Origin: Felis catus
Lineage: Eukaryota
Reading direction: 5' to 3'
NCBI RefSeq assembly: GCF_018350175.1
Contig: NC_058368.1
Coordinates: 1,922,001-1,986,000 of the forward strand
DNA length: 64,000 nt
The notes under the pieces were generated by a model that worked only from the letters and a program-made list of their open reading frames with translations, did not search any database and was not told where the DNA came from. Positions within the stretch are counted from its first letter, which is position 1. Every line of letters begins with the position of its first letter. Made by a program: the position numbers and the translations under genes. This document shows positions 37,292 through 50,283 of this stretch, in pieces.

Positions 37292-38133
37292 TGTATCTTG
37301 AGAGCTTTGAGAGAGCCTGAACACCCTGCGCGGTAAATAATAACATTTTGCATAGTAGAAAAGAACGTCACTTTGGGAAACCCTGAGGCTTTCGTTCTCG
37401 GGAGACTGCGGTGCTGGCAGCGGCTGCTTTGACTTCATCTTGTGGCTCCGAGTCCAATGAAATGGCAAAATAACTCACGAGAAGTGCCGCTCTCTTTTGA
37501 AGATCATTTGGTGGATGCTGAGAATATGGGGAAACGGCCAACTCTGCCCGGGCCTCGCTTCACAGAATTACAGTTTTGAGAGAGACCTTGACCGCAAGGG
37601 CCAAGGAGCTAGTCGCCACTGGCCCCCAGCGCACCTACCTCACTGCTCCGGCTCCTGGGGGGGCTGCAGAGAAGGCTGGGCCTCAGCACGGCCCGTGGCA
37701 GGCAGGGAGGAGAGAGACACGTCTGCTTGCTCCCAAATCTCATTGGTCCAAGGCTGACCCCACAGGCTTCAACTTCCTTGCCCTCCTGGGTTCCCAGTGC
37801 GGGGGCCAGAAGTCCCAGGGTGCTGGTGTGAGGTGAGGGCCATTGGTGGCGCCACATGGGGCCGTGGAGTCCACACACAGCCCGTCTCCTGGTGGCGGTG
37901 CAGGGGAAGCGCCTGCCCGAAGGCACCAGAGACAGTGAAGGGCAAACATCTAGAGGGACACAGAAGGTGTCTCCTACAACCTCACAAGCAGGAGATGTTG
38001 GGCCTTCAAGCAGAGGTTGATGGAAAGACCAGTGCAAGTTAACCTGATTCTCCACCCTTATGCGGTTAAGAGTCACTCACCCGTCCACGTTCTGTGGTGT
38101 TTTGAATGCTCAGGACGACCTGTTGCTCTATTC

Positions 38134-38831
38134 CAGCTGGTCTCCAACTTTTTGTGCTCACGACCCCTTGACGCTCTTAACCATTGGCGAAGACCCCATA
38201 GAACTTTGTGGGTGTGGAGTGAGGGAGTGCAGCAGGGTTATGTCTATCAATGTTTATCATGTAGAAATTAAAACTTAGAAATTTAAAAAGTATTTGTTAA
38301 TTGAAAAGTAATTACGTGTTACCATAAACAACATGCTTTTTGCAAAATAATTATCTTTTCCAAGAAAAAAAACCCTCAAAAGTTATGGTGATGGCGTATC
38401 ATTGTTTTACATTTTGCAAATCTCTTGAAATATCTGCTTTAATTGAAGACAGCGGGATTCTTATTTCTTCTTCCACTTTCTTAAAAAAAAATTTTTTTTT
38501 AAGTTTATTCATTTTTGAGAGAGAGAGAGATAGAGTGTGAGCAGGGGAGGGGCAGAGAGAGAGGGAGACACAGAATCCAAAGCAGGCTCCAGGTTCTGAG
38601 CTCTGAGCTGTCAGCATGGAGCCTGACACAGGGCTCGAACTCCGAATCGCAAGATCATGCCCTGAGCTGATGTTGGACGTTTAACCAACTGAGCCATCCA
38701 GGCGCCCCTCTTCCTCCACTTTCAACCTGTTGTGATATGTTTTTTTTTTTGATGACATAGTTGAAATGTAGTCAGAGAAGGTGACTTCGTGGACCTCCTG
38801 AGTCCCACAGACCCCACTCTGAGAACTACTG
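38134..38831. mobile_element. hAT-Charlie DNA transposon with a nested minus Can-SINE (~38490-38708)
   Basis: CAGCTGGTCTCCAACTTTTTG.GCTCA.GACCCC start and CACTCTGAGAACTACTG end. SINE TSD TCTTC(T/C)TCCACTTTC. Confidence 0.75.
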
Positions 38832-39062
38832 CTCTGGCCTAAGTCACGAGTTGTTCAGTCATACAATGCTCTTAGCAGAAATCCATACTGCTTGCACTCA
38901 ACAGAGACTGGAGATTAATTCTGTCTGAAAAAGGGTGTCCTGGGAGTTGCTATAAACCACACAACTCCTTTGAACATTTTTATTACTTTGAAAAATGCTT
39001 TAGCTTTACAGCCTGTTCCTTTTTTAAACCAAAAACGTTTGCCTCGTTAAACAGCCATGTTC

Positions 39063-39091
39063 TGCACTACTCTGACCACAAGGTGGCTCCC
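39063..39091 (+). promoter_or_regulatory. Candidate CTCF site (core plus upstream motif)
   Basis: TGCACT-n7-CCACAAGGTGGCTCCC resembles the CCASYAGRKGGC core with the upstream TGCAG-type module. Confidence 0.5.
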
Positions 39092-39789
39092 AGCCCGGGC
39101 TTTTCTAGATGGACCCACCCCGGGCCTTTGGTTCCTTCGCGGTGCATAAGCTGCTGAAGTCCTTTGAAGGTAACTTTCTTTGGGTGGTTCAACGCAAGAA
39201 AAGAATCTTTTGGTTATGAGGAGGCATTAATTTCAAAAAAAAAAAAAAAAAGGAAAGTTAAGAAAGATTAGAACTATCTTTTTAACATGGTGCGGAGGGT
39301 GGGTAGTGCGTAAAAAAAATTCCAAAGTGTTGTTCTAAATATTGTTCTAAATGTTGTTCCAAATAAGTACTATTTGGCACTTTCTCTCTCTTACCAGCGA
39401 ATGTGGTTTTTTTCTCCTATTATTTTCAGTTGAAAATAATGCTTAAATTCTGTATTACTATCTCTACTAAAATGATTCTCTGTCAGAGCAAGGTATTGTC
39501 CTGGAAAACACATGTGATAAATAAATGGTGGCGGTGGGGGGAGGCACTCCATCCTGAGCCACTGGGGCCCGAGTTTTTGTCTTCACTCACTGTGACGTGG
39601 GACGGGTTACATACGTTTCCTCTGCTGGAGCCATCCCCTCCGTTTCTACCTGCCCAAAGGCTGCGTTCCAAACCAACGATGTCTGGAATTCCTCTCTGGC
39701 TTTGAGATGTATGAATCCATGACTCAGTCTGAATCTGGTAGAGTTCTTGAGTTGCAACACAAACCAGTGTTGGCGAACCCTGCCCAGTT

Positions 39790-40220
39790 CCCTTAACAAA
39801 ACTCATACCGCCCTGCAGGGTCCGGGCCTGCCTACGTCTCTGGCCTTAAATCTCCGTTGGCACCCTAGAGCTCCAGCTATAATCCGCCGTAATGCCTCCC
39901 ACCTGTCGTGCCCCCCTTACCTGATCATCTAGTTGTTAGTAGGTCTCAGCGCGGGCATCACTTCTGCTGAGCTGCCTTCTCTCACCTCTCCAGTCTGGCT
40001 CAGGTGCCAGGTACCTCTTGTTGGTGCTCCCACAGCAGCCTGTACCGCCCCGTCACACCTTTTAGACTGTCCCATTGTGATTTTCTAAATGTTTCACTCC
40101 ACTGTGCATCCTGGGGGACAAGAAGCACATCTGCCTTCTTCATGGGTGTCCTCAATATATAGCATTCTTTCTGGCACATAGAAGGCACACAAGAAAATAT
40201 TTATTGTATGAATGAAGAAA
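39790..40220. mobile_element. L2 3' fragment
   Basis: CAGGGTCC...CTGCCTAC.TCTCTGGCCT...CATCACTTC...TGGCACATAGAAGGCAC.CAA.AAATATTTATTG.ATGAATGAA. Confidence 0.7.
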
Positions 40221-41084
40221 GGAAGGGAGGACATCTTCCCTTGGGTGATGCCAGTCACATAGTAGGTGATCATGAAGCGCTTGTTAAACTGAACTGAAAA
40301 CACGAATATCCTTAAAATGATATTTTAAAGAAGCAATAAAATGAACAGAAATGCTAACAGAAAATTCTGATAATAGAGTGATTCCCTTAGCATCAGAGTA
40401 AGTGGCAGATCTGAGATCTGAGTCAAAATATCCTGGTTCCAACGTCTTTCACAATAATTTTGTTTAGAAAAGGAAAATGCTGCCTTCTTTATTGTACACA
40501 GACACAGCCTTAATAATTGCCTCTCAGGACACACAGTTAAGCACAGGCTGCTCTCTTGAGATCAACCCCAAAGAAGGAGGAGAGGACACAAGGAGAGACT
40601 GAGGAAGGATGGCTGGACAGTTGGATGCTAAGATCGAAGCGAGGAGGTAGAGAGACTTTTCCGGTATTGCAGTCAGAATAGGCACTGCCTGACTGGGAAA
40701 AACAAGAAGGTAAACAGACTGAGATAGCCTTTGCCTGAGCGTAAAGCACACTCTCACCCGTGCATATCTTCTCTGCTCACTTTTCTTGCCCTTGCTGCCC
40801 ACTAATCCTGATGAAGTCACAGCAGATGGGTCCCCATTCATGAGCAGTGGTGTGAGACACTTCCCTTGCGTGGCTCTTGCACAAATGTGGTCTGAGCTTC
40901 TGAAGGGGCCTGGGCGTGGGACTGAGCAGCTCAGAAAGACGTGACCCTTCAGTGTCAGACGCCAGAAACCAGCAACGCTGACACATTGACCCGGGATGAC
41001 CGGACCCCACTGAAGGCTCCTGACGAGCGTGGCCCATAAGCAGGTGGCCTCAAGTCCTCCTCCAGACCCGTGTCCCCTGGAGGG

Positions 41085-42211
41085 TTATTTATTTATTTTA
41101 TTTCTACTTGTCGTAAGACACACATAATATAAAGTTCACCACCTTAGTCATTTGTAAGCATACGGTTCAGTCCTCTTACGTGTACCCACGTGGTTATGCA
41201 ACCATCATCACCATCCATCTTCAGAATTTTTCATCTTTCCAAACTGAAACTCTGTACCCAGGGAGGGACAGCTCCCCATGTCCCCTCGCTCTAGTCCCTG
41301 GCAACCACCACTCTACTTTATGTCTCCGTGATTTTGGCTACCATAGGTAACCTACATCGGTGGAATCACACAGTGTTTGTCTTTTGGCATAATGTGTTCC
41401 CATTCCATCTATTTTCATAGCATGTGTCAGAATGGGTTCTTTTTAAGGCCTGAATAATATTCCTTTGTATCTGTATACCATATACAGATCTGTATGTCTT
41501 GTTTGTTCATCCTTCTGACTGCCTCCGTATTTTGGCTACTGTAAATAATGCCGCAATGAACGTAGGGGTGAATATATCTTTTTGAATGAGTGTTTTTGTT
41601 TTCTTCGGGTAAATACCCAAAAGTGAAATTGCTGGATCATACAGCATTTCTACTTTTAGTTATTTGAAGAAACTCCATACTGTTTTCTACCGTGTCTATA
41701 CCAAGTCACATTCCCTCCAACAGTGCACGAGCCTTCCCTTTTCTCCACATTCTTGTCCACCTTGTTATTTCTCGTCTCTTTGATACAAGCCGTTCTGACA
41801 GCTGTGAGGTGCCATCTTGTTGTGGTTTTGATTTGCATTTCTCTGATAATTAGTGATGTTGAGCATCTTTTCAATCTTTTCATGTATCTATTGGCCATCT
41901 GTATGTCTTCTTTGGAGAAGTGCCTATACAGGCCCTCTGCCCATTTTTTAAAAAGTTGGATTGTTTGTTTTTGTCGTTGAGTCATACGGGTTCTTTATAT
42001 ATATTGGATATCAACCCATTATCAGATATATCATTTGCAAATGTCTTCTCCCATTCAGTAGGTTGCCTTTTTGTTGAGGGTTTCCTTTGCTGTGTTAACG
42101 TTTTTTAGTTTAATGTAGTCCTGATTGTTTATTTTTGCTTTCGTTGTCTTTGCCTGAGAAGACAGATCCAAAAAAATATTGTTTAAAAAATTTTTTTAAT
42201 GTTTATTTATT

Positions 42212-42255
<44 letters not shown>

Positions 42256-43928
42256 CACGAGTGGGGAAGGGGCTGAAGCAGGCACCAGGCTCCAACCTGT
42301 CAACACAGAGCCCAGCACAGGGCTTGAACTCACAAACCATGAGATCATGACCTGAGCCAAAGTCACAGGCTCAACTGACTACACCACCCCGGCACCCCAA
42401 TATTGTTAAGACCTATGTCCAACAGTTATTGCCTATGTTTTCTTTCAGGAGTTTTATGGTGTGGGGTCATACATTTAGGTCTTCAATCCATTTTGAGTTT
42501 ATTTTTGTATATAGTGTGATAAAGTGGTCAAGTTTTATTCCTTCACATGTGGCTGTCCAGTTTTCCCAGAACCATTTATTGAAGAGACTGTCTTTCCCAC
42601 ATTTGTGCCTCCTTTGCCATAAATTGATTGGCTGTATAACTGTGGGTTTATTTCTGGGCTTTCTATTCTGTTCTACTAATCTATGTGTCTATTTTTGTTT
42701 CGGTAACATACTGTTTTGTTTACTATAGCTTTGTAGTAGTTTGAAATCTGGGAGTGTGATACCTCCAAATTTGTCCTTCTTTCTCAAGATTTTTTTGATT
42801 ATTAAAAGTCTATTGTGATTCCATACAAATTTTAGGATTCTTTATTCTAGATCTGTGAAAAATACTACTGATTATTTGATAGGGATTGCAGTGAATCCAT
42901 AGGTTGATTGGGGTAGTATGGGCATTTTAGCAATATTAATTCTTCCAATCCAACAGCATGGTATATCTTTCCATTTACTTGTGACATCTTCAATTTCTTT
43001 CAACAATCTTATAGTTTCCAGAGTACAGGTTTTTCACCTCCTTGGTTAAGTTTATTCCTAGGTATTTTATTATTTTGGGTACAATTGTAAATGGGATTAC
43101 TTTATTACTTTGTTTCTGCTGCTTCATTATTAGTGTATAGAAACACAACAGATTTCTGTATATTGGTTTTGTATCCTGTGACCTTACTGAATTCATTTAT
43201 CAGTATTAGTAGTTATTTGCTAGAGTCATTAGGGTTTTCTATATATAGTTTCATGTCAAGTGAAAGTTTTACTTCTTGCTTACCAATTCGGATGCCTTTT
43301 ATTTCTTTTTCTTGTCTGATTGCTGTGGCCAGGACTTCCAGTCCCATGTGTAATAAAGTGGTGAGAATGGGCATCCTTGTCTTGATCCTCATCTTAGAGG
43401 AAAAGCTTTTGGCTTTTCTGTTGAATATGATGTTAGCTGTGAGTTTTTCATATATGGCCCTTATTATGCATGTTCCCTCTATATATGTATGTTCCCTCTA
43501 TATTATGTATGTTCCCTCTATATACACTTTGTTGAGAGTTTTTTTTTTATCATGAATATATGTTGAATCTTGTCAAATGATTTTTCTGCACCCACTGTTA
43601 TCATATGATTTTCGTCCTTTATTTTGTTAACTTGATGTATAATGGTGATTGATTTCTAGATGTTGAACCATCCTTGAATCCTTGGACTAAAAAACGCACT
43701 TGGTCATGATGACTGTTCCTTTTGATTTATTGTTGAATTCAGCTTGCTAATATTTTGTTGAGAATTTTTACTTCTATGTTCATCAGGGCTATTGGCCTGT
43801 ATTTTATTTTTTGTATTAGCTTTGTCCGGTTTTGGTATGAGGGTAATGCTGGCCATGAAGAATAAAATCATTCCTTCCTCTTCTATTTTTTGGAATAGCT
43901 TGAGAAGAATAGGTATTAACTCTTCTTT
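41085..43928 (-). mobile_element. L1 3' portion (3'UTR plus ORF2 C-terminal half), with a nested Can-SINE ~42190-42398
   Basis: ORF2 peptides [31 protein letters not shown] and [22 protein letters not shown], with multiple stops and frameshifts. Confidence 0.93.
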
Positions 43929-46900
43929 CCATGTGTCTGTTAGCCATCTGAATGTCTTCTTTGGAAAAGTGTCTATTCATGTCTTTTGTCCATTTTTTCC
44001 CTGGATTATTTGTTTTTTGGGTGTTGAGTTTGGTAAGTTCTTTATAGATTTTGAATACTAACTCTTTATCTGATATGTCCTGTGCAAATATCTTCTCTCA
44101 TTCCTTTAGTTGCCTTTTAGTTTTGTTGATTGTTTCCTTTTGTGTGCAGAAGTTTTTTTATCTTGGTGAGGTCCCAATAGTTCATTTTTGCTTTTTCCCC
44201 TCTGGAGATGTATTAAGATGTTGTTGTGACTGAGGTCAAACAGGTTTTTGCTTGCTTTTTCCTGTAGGATTTTGACGGCTTCTTCTCTTACACTTAGGTC
44301 TTTTATCCATTTTGAGTTTATTTTTGTGTATGGTGTAAGAAAGTGGTCCAGGTTCATTCTTCTGCATGTCACTGTCCAGTTTTCCCAGCACCATTTGCTG
44401 AAGACACTGTCTTTATTCCATTGGACATTCTTTCCTGCTTTGCCAAAGGTTAGTTGGCCATACGTTTATGGGTCCATTTCTGGGTTCTCTATTCTGTTCC
44501 ATTGATCTATGTGTCTGTTTTTGCACCATTACCATACTGTCTTGATGATTACAGCTTTATAATACATCTTAAAATCTGGGATTGTGAAGCCTCCAGCTTT
44601 GTTTTTTTTTTTTTTTCAGCATTGCTTTGGCTATTCAGGGTCTTTTATGATTCCATACACATTTAAAAATTGTTTGTTCTAGCTCTGTGAAGAATGCTGG
44701 TGTTATTTTGATTGGGATTGCATTAAATATGTAGATTGCTGAGGGTGCCTGGGTGGCTTAGTCAGTTAAGCATCTGACTTCAGCTCAGGTCATGATCTCA
44801 TGATTCGTGAGTTAGAGCCCCACGTTGGGCTCTGCGCTGACAGTTCAGAACCTGGAATCTGCTTCAGATTCTGTCTCCCCTTCTCTCTGTCCCTCCCATG
44901 CTCATGCTCTATCTCTCTCTGTTTCTCAATAATAAATAAATGTTAAAAAAAAATTTTAAAACCCATGTAGATTGCTTTGGGTAGTATCAACATTTTAACA
45001 ATATTTGTTCTTCCAATCCATGAGCATGAAATATTTTTCCATTGTTTTGTGTCTTCTTTGATTTCTTTCATAAGCTTTCTATAGTTTTCAGTGTATAAAT
45101 TTTTCATCTCTTTGGTTAGGTTTATTCCTAGGTATTTTATGGGTTTTAGTGCAACTGTAAATGGGATCAAGTCTTTGATTTCTCTTCCTGTTGTTTAATT
45201 ATTGGTATATAGAAATGCAACCGATTTCTGTGCATTGATATTCTATCCTGTCATTTTGCTGAATTCCTGGATCAGTTCTAGCAGTTTTTTGGTGGAATCT
45301 TTTGGGTTTTTCATATGGAGTATCATATTGTCTGCAAAGAGTGAAAGTTTGAATTCCTCTTTGCAGATTTGGATGCCTTTTATTCCTTTGTGTTGTCTGA
45401 TTCCTGAGGCTAGGATTTCCAATATAAGGTTGAATAACAGTGGTGAGAGTGGACATCCCTGTCGTGTTCCTGATCTTAGGGGGAAAGCTCTCAGTTTTTC
45501 TTCATTGAGGATGATATTAGCAGTGGGTCTCTTGTATATGGCTTTTATGATCTTGAGGTATGATCCTTTTATCCCTACTTTCTTGAGGATTTTATCAAGA
45601 AAAGATGCTGTATTTTGTCAAATGCTTTCTCTGCATCTATTGAGAGGATCATGTGGTTCTTGTCTTTTCTTTTATTAATGTGATGTATCACATTGATTGA
45701 TTTGTGGATGTTGAACCAGCCTTCATCCCAGGTATTCCACTCAATCATGGTGAATAAATATTTTAATGTATTCTTGGATGCGGTTGGCTAGTATCTTGTC
45801 GAGGATTTTTGCATCCATGTTCAACAGGGAAATGGTTCTGTAGATCTCCTTTTTAGTGGGGTCATTGTCTAGTTTTGGAATCAAAGTAATGCTGGCCTCA
45901 TAGAATGAGTTTTGAAGTTTTCCTTCCATTTCTATGTTTTGGAACAGCTTCAAAAGAATAGGTGTTAACTCTTCTTTAAATATTTGATAGAATTCCCCTG
46001 GAAAGCCATCCGGGCCTGGACTCTTGTTTTTTGGGAGATTTTTGATTACTAATTCAATTTCTTTACTGGTTATGGGTCTGTTCAAATTTTCTATTTCTTC
46101 TTGGTTCAGTTTTGGTATGTGTATCTAGGAATTTGTCCATTTCCAGATTGCCCTATTTATTGGCATATAATTGCTCATAAAATTCTCTTATTACTGTTTG
46201 TATTTTGCAGTTTTGGTTGTGATCTCTACTCTTTCATTCTTGATTTTATTTATTTGGGTCCTTTCCTTTTTCTTTTTAGTCAATCTGGCTGGGAGTTATC
46301 AATTTTGTTAATTATTTCAAAGAACCAGCTCCTGGTTTCATTGATCTGTTCTACTGTGTTTTGTTTGTTTGTTTGTTTTTTATTTTGATAGCATTGAGTT
46401 CCACTCTAATCTTTATTATTTCTGGTCTTCTGCTGGTTTGGGGTTTTATTTGCTGTGTTTTTTTCCCCAGCTCTTTTAGGTGTAAGGTTAGGTTGTGTGC
46501 CTGAGACCTTTCTTCCTTATTTAGGAAGACCTCAATTGCTATATACTTCCCTCTATGACCACCTTTGCTGCATCCCAGGGGTTTTAAGTTGTCATGTTTT
46601 CATTTTCAATGGCTTCCATGTACTTTTTAATTTTCTCTTTAACTTCCTGGTTAATCCATTCATTCTTTAGTAGGATGTTCTTTAGTCTCCAAGTATTTGT
46701 TGTCTTTCCAAATTTTTTCTTGTGGTTGATTTCAAGTTTCATAGTGTTGTTGTCTGAAAATATGCACAGTATGATCTCAATTTTTTGTACTTGTTGAAGG
46801 CTGATTTGTGTCCCAGTATGTGATCTATTCTGGAGAATGTTCCATGTGAACTTGAGAAGAATGTGTATTCTGCTTCCCTAGGACGAAATGTTGTGAATAT

Positions 46901-49900
46901 ATCTGTTAAGTCCATCTGGTCCAGTGTGTCATTTAAAGCCAGTGTTTCCTGGTTGATTTTCTGCTTAGATAATCTGTCCATGCTGTAAGTGGGGTGTTGA
47001 AGTCCCCTACTATTATGGTATTATTATCAATGAGTTTCTTTATGTTTGTAATTAATTGATTTCTATATTTGGGTGCTACATGTTGGGGGCATAAATGTTT
47101 ACAATTGTTAGATCTTCTTGGTGGATAGACCCCTTAATTATGATACAATGCCCTTCTTCACCTCTTGTTACAGTCTTTATTTTAAAATCTAGATTGTCTG
47201 ATATAAGTATGGCTACTCCAGCTTTCTTTTGGCAACCATTAGCATGATAGATGGTTCTCCACCCCCTTACTTTCAATCTGAAGGTGTCTTTAGGTCTAAA
47301 ATGGGTCTCCTGTAAACAGCATATAGATGGATCTTGTTTTCTTATCCATTCTATTACCCTATGTCTTTTTTCAAAAAATTTAAAATGTTTATTTTTGATA
47401 GATAGAACACAAGAGTGGGGAAGGAGAGAGAAAGGGAGACACAGAATCTGAAGCAGGCTCCAGGCTCTGAGCTCTCAGCACAGAGCCCTACATGGGGCTC
47501 AAACCCACAGACCATGAGATCATGACCTGAGGTGAAGTCGGTTGCCCAACCGACTGAGCCACCCAGGCGCCCCTACCTTTGTCTTTTGATTGGAGTGTTT
47601 AGTCCACTGACATTTAGAGTGAGTACTGAAATATATGAACTTATTGCCATTGTGTTGCCTGTAGAGTTGGAGTTTCTAGTGGTGTTCTCTGGTCCTTTCT
47701 AGTCCTTGTTGCTTTAGTCTTTTTTGTTTTGTTTCATCTTTTCTCCCTTAAAGAGTGTCCCCTTTAAAATTTCTTGCAGGGCTGGTTTAGTGGATATGAA
47801 CTCCTTTACTTTTATTTGTCTGGGAAACTCTTTATCTCTCCTTTTATTGTGAATGACAGCCTTGCTGGATAAAGAATTCTTGGCTGCATATTTTTCTGAT
47901 TGAGTACATTGAATACATCTTGCCACTCCTTTCTGGTCTGCCAAGTTTCTGTGGATAGGTCTGCTCTGAGCCTGATCTGTCTTCCCTTATAGGTTAAGGA
48001 GGTTTTTTTTCCCTTGCTGCTTTCATAATTCTTTCCTTGTCTGTGTATTTTGTGATTTTGACTGTGATATGCCTTGTTGATGGTCAGTTTTTGTTGAATC
48101 TAATGGGGGTTCTCTGTGCTTCCTGGATTTTGATGTCTGTGTCTTACCCCAGGTTAGGAAAGTTTCCCACTATGATTTATTCACATAAATCTTCTACCCT
48201 TTTTTCTCTCTCCGTTTTCTGGGACCCCTATGATTTGGATGTTGTTCCTTTTTAATGAGTCACTGAGTTCTCTAATTCTTAGATCTGCTCTTTTGCCTTA
48301 GTCTCTCTCTTTTTTTCTGCTTCATTATTCTGCATAAGTTTGTCCTCTATATCGCTGATTTGCTGCTCTGCTTCATCCATCCTTGCCGCCATGGCATCCA
48401 TGTGAGATTGCATCTCCGTTATTGCATTTTTAATTTCATCCTGACTAGATTTTACTTCTTTTATCTCCTCAGAAAGGGATTCTATGCCTGTTTTCGACCC
48501 CAGCTAATAATGTTATTACTGTGACTCTAAATTCTGGCTCAGGCATCTTGCTTGTATCTGTGTTGATTAAGTCACTGACTGTCATTTCTTCCTGTTCTTT
48601 CTTTTGGGGTAAATTCCTTCATTTCATCATTTTGGAGGAAGAAAAAGAATAGAATAAAAAGTAAAATTTTAAAAATTAAAAACAACACAAAAACATTCAA
48701 ATGAAGGAATCAAGATCCAAGGTGTGTTTTAGTCTGCTTGTTGAAAGACGCTTGATAGAATAGAGAAGAAAGGGAAAGAAATGAAAAGAAAAAAAGGGGG
48801 GGGGGAGAAAAGTAAAGTAAGTAAATATTAAAAAATTTTTTAAAAGCATACAATAAAATAGAACAAAATTAAATGAAGAAAGTAAAATAGACTAAAAAAT
48901 TTACAAAAATATTTTAAAATATGTTAGAAAAATGAGGAAAAATCTTTTTTATAGAAACAGAAAATGTTTTTTCTCTTTCTGTATCCAAGAACGAGAAAAG
49001 AGAAAAAAGAAAGAATATATGGACGATTGAACAGAATGAAATATGATTGAAATTACATCCAGATTCCCCTAGGAGACAAACTATGAAGCACTTCACAAAC
49101 TATGAAGGAGACTTGTGGTCGTCCTTTAGGGTTTGATTGGCGCAGTTGTACAGGGCTTGGTGTAATGGCTCCGTTCTCCACTAGGTGGCACTGTATAGCT
49201 TACTGGGGTGGATCAGCGTGGTGCGCATGTGCTTGTATGCACATGTGCAGGGGAGGTGGAAATGGCGGCACCCAGCTACCCAGTCTGTAGTATCAGAACT
49301 CTGCTCTCCTGGCCAGCAATCAAGCACCCTTCCTTTGTCTTCAGCTTCTCCATCTTCTCCCCGATTCTATACTGTCCACAACCAAACGGTCAGCTAGCCA
49401 AGTGGCACCTCCCTCCCAAATTTTATCTCAGATGGGGCTCTCTTTCCAAACCCCTCACTTCTGAAGGCCCTCCGGCTGAACCTACTACAACCATCTGGGG
49501 GATGGTCTCCCTGAGCAATGACTGGGTGCCAGACCATTCTGGGAGCGCTCATGCAACCATGCCACGGCAGGGGCCCAGAGACTGTGGCTGGGTGCCAGCC
49601 CGCCTCAGAAAAATTTTGTGTGATTGTGCAGCAGCAGCAGTTCAGGGACTATGGAAAATCACAATACACACCTGGCACCAGGCTTCACCACATCCTTGCA
49701 TCTTTGTTCCAACACCAGAAAACATGGCTGTAATCTGGAGTCTGCTGGGACCTTTTCGTGTGGGTAAAATGTATAGCTTTACCAAATGTCCTCCTGGCAA
49801 GGGAACTGCCTCTCACCGTGTGTCCCGAGGACCCCGAGGACCTCGCTGTCTTCTCCTGGGGATTCACCCTTCCCAACAGAGCTAGGAGTTTCCAACTCTG

Positions 49901-50283
49901 TGCTCATCTGTTTATAGAGTTCTAATGGTAATGAAACCTTCTCCCTTCTCCTTTCGCCCTTTCTTGTTCAGTTCCTTGTGGGTGTTTCCATTCTTTTTCT
50001 CTCCGACTGCTTTTGGGGGGAGTGCTCTTCCTGAACTCTCCCCTCCTGTCTCCATCCTCTCTCCACAAACAAAAACAGTCTCCTACCCTCTGTGGCTTCT
50101 CTCTCCCCCAGTTCACCTTTCCTCTGCATATACCTGAGTTGTGGCTTAAGTTATGCAGACTGTTGTGTTAGTCCTCAGATCAATTTTCTATGTATGCAAA
50201 TGGTTTGGTGCCGATCTAGCTGCATTTCAGGGATGAAAGAAGCAGTGAATTTCCATGCTGCTCCACCATCTTGGCCCCTCCCC
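43929..50283 (-). mobile_element. Carnivore L1 with intact 5' end (5'UTR, ORF1 remnant, ORF2 EN/RT), 3' end missing, disabled; nested Can-SINEs ~44742-44955 (+) and ~47366-47573 (-)
   Basis: Starts GGGGAGGGGCCAAGATGG at 50283. ORF1 KEFISTKPALQEILKG. ORF2 [62 protein letters not shown]. Confidence 0.95.

Noticed and set aside
49208..49885. 225-aa ORF antisense to the L1 5'UTR (ORF0-like idea)
   Set aside because: Starts at GTG in a decayed element with no recognisable similarity, and is consistent with chance in a GC-richer UTR.
43929..50283. Potentially active full-length L1
   Set aside because: ORF1 and ORF2 are broken by many stops and frameshifts and two SINEs, and the 3' end is missing.
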